This document shows, piece by piece, positions 1-6,161 of a stretch of DNA of 10,949 bases. Position 1 is the stretch's first letter; every line of letters begins with the position of its first letter. The notes beneath the pieces were generated by a model that saw only the letters and a list, made by a program, of their open reading frames with translations, did no database searches and had not been told where the DNA came from. The position numbers were made by a program, and so were the translations under genes. Source of the stretch: Candidatus Cryosericum sp. (GTDB lineage Bacteria > Caldisericota > Caldisericia > Cryosericales > Cryosericaceae); contig JBNAWM010000049.1 of the NCBI GenBank assembly GCA_049699855.1, positions 1 through 10,949 of the forward strand. Direction: 5' to 3'.

Positions 1-969
1 GGGTACAAGAAGGCGCTCATCGTCTTCAACATCGTGGCCATGGTGGGGTATACCATTGTCATTCTCGTCCCTACCTGGTGGGCAGTGCTGGTCGGCGCTG
101 TTTTCTTCATCTCCTGGACAGCAATTTCACTGCCAGCGATTATGTCGCTGGTCAGCAAGGCTGTCTCCAAGGACAAGCGCACAATGGGTGTTACTTTGCA
201 TTCGATGACGCGGCGCATACCCATGGCCCTTGGTCCCATTGTCGGCGGGGCGCTCATCCAGGTATTCGGGCGCGTCAATGGTGTCCGGATCTCGTTCGCG
301 ATTGCCCTGATACTTGGTGCGGTTGCCATTGTGCTGGAGGTCTTCTTCATCGAGGAGGACCCGGATGGCGGTACTAAGAATCGAGCAATTCATCTCCGTG
401 ACTCGATCCACTTCATTACACCGGACCTGCGCAATCTATTGATCTCGGACATTCTGATCCGTTTTGCCGAGCAGATTCCTTACGCATTCGTCGTCCTCTG
501 GGCCGTGGACCGCAACGGTATCACGCCTCTGCAATTTGGAATCCTGACCACGATTGAGATGGTGACGGCAATGCTTGTCTACATTCCCATCGCAATCCTG
601 GCTGACCGCAACGGCAAGAAGCCGTTTGTGTTGATCACTTTTGTGTTCTTTACGGCGTTTCCGGTGGTGCTCTACTTTAGCCACTCCTTTGCGGCTTTGT
701 GCGGGGCGTTTGTTCTGCGTGGCCTCAAGGAATTCGGCGAGCCGACGCGCAAGGCTCTGATCATGGATCTTGCTCCGGAGAATGCCAAGGCGTCGACGTT
801 CGGGACGTACTACCTGATTCGTGATGTCATCGTTTCCGTGGCGGCTTTTGGCGCAGCGTGGCTCTGGAACAAAGGTGCCGGTGTGAACTTCTTTACTGCC
901 GCAGCTTTTGGTGCTGCTGGCACGCTCTACTTTGCGGTGTTTGGCCGGGACCTCAAGTCCTCTACCTGA
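1..969 (+). CDS. MFS transporter (5'-truncated; frame open from position 1)
   Basis: Frame reads GYKKALIVFNIVAMVGY... from base 1 to TGA at 967-969. It has many hydrophobic helices, an MFS motif-A-like loop (LADRNGKK) and an ALIMDLAPE loop typical of MFS C-terminal halves. Confidence 0.9.
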   Translation, partial: GYKKALIVFNIVAMVGYTIVILVPTWWAVLVGAVFFISWTAISLPAIMSLVSKAVSKDKRTMGVTLHSMTRRIPMALGPIVGGALIQVFGRVNGVRISFAIALILGAVAIVLEVFFIEEDPDGGTKNRAIHLRDSIHFITPDLRNLLISDILIRFAEQIPYAFVVLWAVDRNGITPLQFGILTTIEMVTAMLVYIPIAILADRNGKKPFVLITFVFFTAFPVVLYFSHSFAALCGAFVLRGLKEFGEPTRKALIMDLAPENAKASTFGTYYLIRDVIVSVAAFGAAWLWNKGAGVNFFTAAAFGAAGTLYFAVFGRDLKSST

Positions 970-1661
970 AGTCGGGCGGTGTGCCGGCGTCTGAGGAACC
1001 CGAAGAGCCCCAGGGCGAAGATCGCCCACCAGAGTCCGACGCTCCATCCAGCGAGGACATCGGACAGGTAGTGCGCTCCCAGGTACAGGCGGCCGAATCC
1101 GATGACCAGCGGAACGAGAATGGCCAGTGCCAGCCAGAGTTTCTTCAGCCTGGGCGATGACGTATAGCGGAACAGCAGATAGAATCCCAGCGCGTAGAGA
1201 GCTACCGAGATGTTTGCATGTCCAGACGGGAAGCTGGCATCCAGCTCCTTGACGGCAGACAGGACAGCTGGTGGCCGCGGGCGCCCAAACCCGGCCTTGC
1301 CGAAGAAAACAACTACTTCAGAACCTGCACTCGACAGCAAGAGGGCCAGGGCGGCGCGCCGATGCCGGTTCCAGAGAACCAGAACGACGATCGCCAGGAC
1401 GGTCCCGGCGATAAACCATTCGCCCACGAAAGATGTTGCCTTGAAAAGATCAATGCCAAACGGAGTCCGATACGCTGCCAGCCGCTGGACAAGCCAGCCG
1501 TCGACACGGACAATGCTCTCCTTGTCAAGAACGTCTTCCGCGATTCCCGATGCCAGTGCTGCAACATACAGCAGAGCGGCTCCGACAAAGGCGGCAAACG
1601 GCCATGGATGCTCAAGCCAGGCACGGGCGCGCTGGGTCAGAAAAGACAGTTGTTTTCTCAT
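927..1661 (-). CDS. PAP2 (phosphatase PAP2) family integral membrane protein, undecaprenyl-PP phosphatase-like, 244 aa
   Basis: All three PAP2 motifs are present: KAGFGRPRP (C1), FPSGH (C2) and GRLYLGAHYLSDV (C3), with several TM segments. Start taken at ATG 1661 (MRKQL...) rather than the ORF-track GTG at 1724. The 3' end overlaps the MFS gene by 43 bp. Confidence 0.9.
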   Translation of the reverse strand: MRKQLSFLTQRARAWLEHPWPFAAFVGAALLYVAALASGIAEDVLDKESIVRVDGWLVQRLAAYRTPFGIDLFKATSFVGEWFIAGTVLAIVVLVLWNRHRRAALALLLSSAGSEVVVFFGKAGFGRPRPPAVLSAVKELDASFPSGHANISVALYALGFYLLFRYTSSPRLKKLWLALAILVPLVIGFGRLYLGAHYLSDVLAGWSVGLWWAIFALGLFGFLRRRHTARLQVEDLRSRPNTAK

Positions 1662-1725
1662 GACAACATGATAGTCGATCCTCGTGAAAGAACATGGACG
1701 GGGAAGCGACTCTCTCACCGGCAAC

Positions 1726-1753
1726 TTGCCAGAAGTCTCGCGCTCGGTACACT
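1726..1753 (+). promoter_or_regulatory. Putative sigma70-type promoter for the ATC-hydrolase/ThrC-like/FAH unit
   Basis: TTGCCA (1726-1731), 16-nt spacer, TACACT (1748-1753), 43 nt upstream of ATG 1797. Confidence 0.5.
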
Positions 1754-1796
1754 GGAGGTCAGTAGTTCATGCTGGATGGGCTGCGAGGAGGCAGGT

Positions 1797-2516
1797 ATGG
1801 ATGATATGAAGATCAGAGAACGCTTTAGCGCCCAGCACCATGCCCTGTTGTTTGCGTGGATCACCCGCGAGGTGGTCGTCCGTGTCGGTGAAACAGTGGC
1901 CGCACCTGTCCTTCGAGCGGCCGTCCGTTCCTATGGCGAGCAGAGGGGCCATCGTATGGCACTCAGGGCACAGCAGGATGGACAGCCTCTGTCCATGGCG
2001 GTGTATCTCTCCTATCGCGAATGGCAGGCTGGCGCCGGTGAAATGCAGCAGACGGGCGTGCCCTGGCGCGGAGACCTGCGGGTTAATGTACACCGCTGCT
2101 GCTGGGCAACGACATGGAGGCAGGAAGAGCTGATCCCCTATGGCAAATACTACTGCCAAGAGATTGACAAGGCCCTCGTGCGCGGATTCAACCCTGAGCT
2201 GCTGATCGATGTGAGGGGCACCATGACGAATGGAGCTCGCGCATGCCAGCTTGTGTACCATGGGGCTTTCGAGGGGACCGTGGTCCATGAGGAGACCCAG
2301 CGGCCTCCGGAGCGCCGAGTGCTTCCATGGAGCTATCACACTGCTCACCTGTATGCAACCGTCTCTCAGGTCTTGAAACGGGAGCTGGGTTCTGAAGGTA
2401 CCGCCGCAAGGCAGGCTGGCCTGGATGTCTTTGCATCGCACTTCGGGGTGCACATGGCACAGATCATTGTCACCGATGCTACAGGCAACTTCGATCTTCT
2501 TCCAGAGGAAGGATGA
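1797..2516 (+). CDS. L-2-amino-thiazoline-4-carboxylic acid (ATC) hydrolase family / V4R-like protein, 239 aa
   Basis: GAGGAG RBS at 1785-1790 precedes ATG 1797. Family pattern: A(V)RSYGEQRGHRMA...HRCCWA..W...GKYYCQEIDKALVRGFNP...TMTNGARAC. The ORF-track extension back to 1218 is the antisense shadow of the PAP2 gene. Confidence 0.75.
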   Translation: MDDMKIRERFSAQHHALLFAWITREVVVRVGETVAAPVLRAAVRSYGEQRGHRMALRAQQDGQPLSMAVYLSYREWQAGAGEMQQTGVPWRGDLRVNVHRCCWATTWRQEELIPYGKYYCQEIDKALVRGFNPELLIDVRGTMTNGARACQLVYHGAFEGTVVHEETQRPPERRVLPWSYHTAHLYATVSQVLKRELGSEGTAARQAGLDVFASHFGVHMAQIIVTDATGNFDLLPEEG

Positions 2517-3634
2517 CTGCGACGCTTCGGTGCGCGCAGTGCGGGCGAGAGTTCGAGGATGACGGCAGACGCACACGCTGTGATTGCGGTGGGATGCTGG
2601 ATGTCCACTTTGAGCCGACGTTCAAGCCTGCCATGGTGTCGGGTCGGCGCTATGACCTGTGGCGTTACCGTGAGGCATTGCCCGTTGGAGACGACATCGT
2701 CACCTTGGGCGAGGGCTGGACGCCTCTGCTGCCAATACCTTTCGACGGCCGGCATCTGCTGGTGAAGCAGGAGCAGTTGTTTCCCACCGGCTCCTACAAA
2801 GACCGTGGCGCAGCGATCCTCATGACCCATCTGCGGGAGCTTGGGGTGAAGCGCGTTGTCGAGGATTCATCAGGCAATGCAGGGTGCGCCGTTGCCGCTT
2901 ATGCGGCTCGAGCGGGCATCGAGGCCGACATTTACGTGCCCGAGGGTGCGGCCTCTGCCAAGACGCAGCAGATCGAGGCATATGGTGCAAGCCTGCACCA
3001 CATCCACGGAACGCGTGAAGACACTGCGCGCGCAGCGTTAGCTGCTGCTTCATCGTGTGCGTATGCCAGCCACGTCTACAATCCGTGGTTTCTGCAGGGA
3101 ACCAAGACCTTCGCGTACGAGGTGGCTGAACAACTCGGCTGGACCGCACCTGAGGCGCTGGTTTTGCCTGCGGGAAACGGGACCCTTCTGCTGGGCGCCT
3201 ACCTGGGGTTCAGCGAACTCCTGCAGGCAGGAGTCATCCAGCGCATGCCGCGTCTCGTGGCTGTCCAGGCATCGGCGTGCGCGCCTCTGGCTGCTGCGTT
3301 TGCGGAGGGGCAGGAGGAACCTGCCCTGGTTTCCACCAGTGCTACTGCTGCCGAGGGTATTGCTATTGCGTCTCCAGCGCGCGGGGCACAGATTCTTGCA
3401 GCAGTGCGCGCTACCGGAGGACTGTTTGTTGCGGTTTCCGAGGACGAGATCGTGGCCAGTCTGCGAGAGTGCTGCAGGCGGGGATGGTTTATCGAGCCGA
3501 CCGCAGCAGCGGTCATTGCCGGCGCACGGAGATATGCTTGCACTGCAGTGCTGGGCGAGACAATCGTCACGGCATTCACGGGGCATGGGTTGAAAGCTCC
3601 GGCCGAAATTGCCGAGCTCACGCGTTCCCTATGA
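2513..3634 (+). CDS. Threonine-synthase-like PLP-dependent enzyme (fold type II) with N-terminal zinc ribbon, 373 aa
   Basis: N-terminal CAQC...CDC; PLP lysine motif PTGSYKDRG; DSSGNAG; PAGNG phosphate loop; EPTAA; TGHGLK. ATGA overlap with the upstream stop. No thrC symbol is given because the substrate-phosphate motif is altered. Confidence 0.88.
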   Translation: MTATLRCAQCGREFEDDGRRTRCDCGGMLDVHFEPTFKPAMVSGRRYDLWRYREALPVGDDIVTLGEGWTPLLPIPFDGRHLLVKQEQLFPTGSYKDRGAAILMTHLRELGVKRVVEDSSGNAGCAVAAYAARAGIEADIYVPEGAASAKTQQIEAYGASLHHIHGTREDTARAALAAASSCAYASHVYNPWFLQGTKTFAYEVAEQLGWTAPEALVLPAGNGTLLLGAYLGFSELLQAGVIQRMPRLVAVQASACAPLAAAFAEGQEEPALVSTSATAAEGIAIASPARGAQILAAVRATGGLFVAVSEDEIVASLRECCRRGWFIEPTAAAVIAGARRYACTAVLGETIVTAFTGHGLKAPAEIAELTRSL

Positions 3635-3650
3635 CGGGAGGAGGTTGATC

Positions 3651-4532
3651 ATGCAGCTAGCAACGTTTGTTGCAGGGGGTCACGAGCAGGTGGGTGTTGT
3701 CTTGGATCAGCAGACGCGGTTCGTTCCTCTCGCGCAGTTGCTGGGGCGTGATGCTCCCGAAACGATGATCCAGGTCATCGAGCAGTGGGACCAGCTGGAA
3801 CCGCGCCTGCGGCGCGCACTGCCTTCATCCGAGGAGGGACTGCGCCTGGAAGATATGAACCTGGCCGCTCCCATTCCGCATCCAAGACGCAACATCATCT
3901 GTCTGGGAAAGAACTACCGGGATCACGTGAAGGAGGCAGCAGCACTCGGAGACCGGGGATCGGACATGCCGTCCGCTCCCATCTACTTCTCTAAGATGAT
4001 TGACCGCGTGCGGGGTTCAGCCGAGGCGGTGCCCGCGCACATAGGCGTTACAAACATGCTGGATTACGAAGCCGAACTTGCGGTTGTCATCGGGAAAGCA
4101 GGTCATGACATCGATCCAGGCGCTGTTCCCGGCTATATCTTTGGATATTCTGTTCTCAACGACGTGACCGCGCGCGACCTTCAAAAGAGACACGACCAGT
4201 GGTTCAAGGGCAAGAGCCTGGACGGCGGCTGTGCCATGGGGCCGGTCATAGTCACCGCCGATGAGATCGCTTACCCGCCTGCCCTGGATATCGAGTGCAC
4301 CGTGAACGGTGAGCTGCGCCAGAAAGCCAATACGTCAGAGCTCATCTTCGACATCACAGAGATCATCAGCGATTTCAGCAAGGGTTTGACCCTGATGCCC
4401 GGCGATATCATCAGTACGGGAACGCCGGCGGGCGTTGGAATGGGCTTTCGCCCTTTCAAGTGGCTGAAACCAGGCGACGTTGTTGCGTGCTCGATCGAGA
4501 GGATTGGTACGCTGACAAACCGCGTGGAGTAG
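3651..4532 (+). CDS. Fumarylacetoacetate hydrolase (FAH/FAHD) family protein, 293 aa
   Basis: GGAGGAGG RBS at about 3637-3644 precedes ATG 3651. Motifs: ICLGKNY..H, YFSK, LDYEAEL, NDVTARD, W.KGKS, GDIISTGTPAGVG. Confidence 0.93.
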   Translation: MQLATFVAGGHEQVGVVLDQQTRFVPLAQLLGRDAPETMIQVIEQWDQLEPRLRRALPSSEEGLRLEDMNLAAPIPHPRRNIICLGKNYRDHVKEAAALGDRGSDMPSAPIYFSKMIDRVRGSAEAVPAHIGVTNMLDYEAELAVVIGKAGHDIDPGAVPGYIFGYSVLNDVTARDLQKRHDQWFKGKSLDGGCAMGPVIVTADEIAYPPALDIECTVNGELRQKANTSELIFDITEIISDFSKGLTLMPGDIISTGTPAGVGMGFRPFKWLKPGDVVACSIERIGTLTNRVE

Positions 4533-4535
4533 AGG

Positions 4536-4832
4536 TCAGGCCCTTCGGAGGGCGCGAAACAGGATCCAGGAGATCAGGATGGCCAGGGAGAGGGCCGAAA
4601 GAGCAAAGGCGGCCTGGTACTCCTTGCGTTCTTCTTCGGTCACGCGACCGGGTTCGCGCAGCAGGATGAATCCTGATGCAGAAGCGGCGGTGGCGAGGAG
4701 GAAGATCGAAAGGACATTGCTGGGGATAAAGAGATCGCGACCACCAGAGATGACGGTCCATCCATCCCAGACGTAGTTGCCCAGTCCAATAAGTCCACCC
4801 GCAAAGGCTATGATCGTGATCAGTTTTCTCAT
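4536..4832 (-). CDS. Hypothetical small membrane protein (about 3 TM helices), 98 aa
   Basis: ATG with a GGAG RBS (complement 4839-4842). Three hydrophobic stretches, a charged loop (VTEEERKEY) and a basic C-terminus. It fills the gap between flanking genes without overlap. Confidence 0.7.
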   Translation of the reverse strand: MRKLITIIAFAGGLIGLGNYVWDGWTVISGGRDLFIPSNVLSIFLLATAASASGFILLREPGRVTEEERKEYQAAFALSALSLAILISWILFRALRRA

Positions 4833-4866
4833 GCGTAGCTCCGAAGATTGCTCTCAGTAATTGAAC

Positions 4867-4894
4867 AGGATAGGGATCAAAGCGAGAACATCAA
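4867..4894 (-). promoter_or_regulatory. Putative sigma70-type promoter for the 98-aa membrane protein gene
   Basis: Minus strand TTGATG (4894-4889), 16-nt spacer, TATCCT (4872-4867), 34 nt upstream of ATG 4832. Confidence 0.4.
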
Positions 4895-4996
4895 GAGGGC
4901 GAGCGCGGCCACGGCGCATTCTCGTCTCAGTGCTGGAGTTGATTGGCGAACTTCGGCACAAGCTCCGGAAAAGTGATGCTGACATCAGCCGTTTTC

Positions 4997-5025
4997 TTGT
5001 TCAGATGTCGCGGTCGTGGTAAACT
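4997..5025 (+). promoter_or_regulatory. Putative extended -10 promoter of the fdh unit
   Basis: TTGTTC (4997-5002), 17-nt spacer containing TG at 5017-5018, TAAACT (5020-5025). This would give a leader of about 75 nt before ATG 5106. Confidence 0.5.
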
Positions 5026-5105
5026 TACAAAGATAAGAGTCATCCTTTTGTGCGTCACGTAACGATTGGCAAAAGATGTGACATCGCGGAACTGAGGTGG
5101 CGGCA

Positions 5106-6161
5106 ATGACAAGCATCGGCGATCATCTATACGCTCGTAGTACTCATCAGGACTTGCTGGTCCGCGCCACGAATGGAGCATTCGTGACGACAACCATGTG
5201 GTATCTGCTGTCGACAAAACGTGTGGATGCTGTTCTGGGCGTAGAACACGACCGCGAGCGCAACCTGACGCATACCCGGTTCATCGACGATCCACGGGAG
5301 ATAGCTGTTCTTGCTGGCACGGTGGTCACCGCGCCTCTCAATATTGTCCAGACGTTGCGCAAGTATGCTGGCAGCGGGCGCGTGGCCCTTCCGGTGATGC
5401 CCTGTGAGGAGAAGCTTCTGGATGTGCTCATCCGCAAGGATGAACTGCCTGTGCAGCTGTTTCGCATTGGGCTGGTGTGCGGGGGTCTCTTCAATGGAGG
5501 AGATCTCTCCAAGGAGGTGAAGCGTCTTGGCAAGTCCTTGCTGGACGTTGAGTACGTCACCCATGGTGAGGGGGGGTACTCCATCTCATTCCGGGGCGAG
5601 GAGCAGATCCACGAGTTCGTGGAGCGGAAGACTGTGCGTCCTGCCTGCGAGCGCTGTGTTACGCCAGAACCTGTCTCGTCGCACTTCTCCTGCGGGTATT
5701 GGGGAACCGGAACCGATCGGGGCAGAACGTACGTGACGGTGAATACCGCAGAAGCAGCTGAGCTAGTCGATGCAATGGTGCGCGATGGGGCTCTGACAAC
5801 CGAACCGGTCCCTGACGACGCTCGGGCCGTCCGCCGGCGTCTGCTGGACCTCAAGACAGATGCGTCGTGGCGATATCGTCGCCGTCAGTTCGAAACCGGC
5901 CTGGTGGAGATGGGGGAGCAGGCTGATGCTTGTGCGCTCTGCGGCGAGTGCATGAAGGCCTGCCCTCTGCGAACCGAAGAGTATAGCCAGTGCCTGCTGG
6001 AGGGGGTGAAATCTCCGTCGGAATGGCTGGCCGCATTTGTCCTCGATCTCTACGACGAATGTGCCGAGTGCGGTTTGTGCAGTGAACACTGCCCCATCGC
6101 CCTGCCCTACGATCTCGTCATTGAGCACCAGCGTGAAGTGAGGAAGACCCTTCCTCGATGA
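5106..6161 (+). CDS. fdhB: FrhB/FdhB-family (coenzyme F420 hydrogenase/dehydrogenase beta-like) formate dehydrogenase beta subunit with C-terminal 2x[4Fe-4S] domain, 351 aa
   Basis: GAGGTGG RBS at 5094-5100. Collinear with methanogen FdhB as recalled: A.NGAFVT...YLL...VDAVLGV, FIDDPREI...AG, VALPVMPC, IGLVCGG, R.ACERC...P, SCGYWG...TYV.V, then CALCGECMKACP and CAECGLCSEHCP. Confidence 0.82.
   Translation: MTSIGDHLYARSTHQDLLVRATNGAFVTTTMWYLLSTKRVDAVLGVEHDRERNLTHTRFIDDPREIAVLAGTVVTAPLNIVQTLRKYAGSGRVALPVMPCEEKLLDVLIRKDELPVQLFRIGLVCGGLFNGGDLSKEVKRLGKSLLDVEYVTHGEGGYSISFRGEEQIHEFVERKTVRPACERCVTPEPVSSHFSCGYWGTGTDRGRTYVTVNTAEAAELVDAMVRDGALTTEPVPDDARAVRRRLLDLKTDASWRYRRRQFETGLVEMGEQADACALCGECMKACPLRTEEYSQCLLEGVKSPSEWLAAFVLDLYDECAECGLCSEHCPIALPYDLVIEHQREVRKTLPR

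Noticed and set aside
1218..1796. 193-codon N-terminal extension of the ATC-hydrolase-like ORF (432-aa ORF)
   Set aside because: It is mostly antisense to the well-supported PAP2 gene and has no recognisable domain. A good RBS and promoter candidate point to ATG 1797.
2513..3634. Assigning the symbol thrC
   Set aside because: The substrate-phosphate residues are not conserved and no threonine-pathway genes are adjacent.
4833..5105. Moco/tungsten-cofactor riboswitch or other ncRNA upstream of fdh
   Set aside because: The conserved motif features were not recognisable by eye, and the predicted leader (about 75 nt) seems too short. An Infernal/Rfam search would settle it.
4927..5217. 96-aa minus-strand ORF crossing the fdh promoter
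   Set aside because: It overlaps the fdhB start in antisense, has no recognisable motif, and runs through apparent promoter elements.
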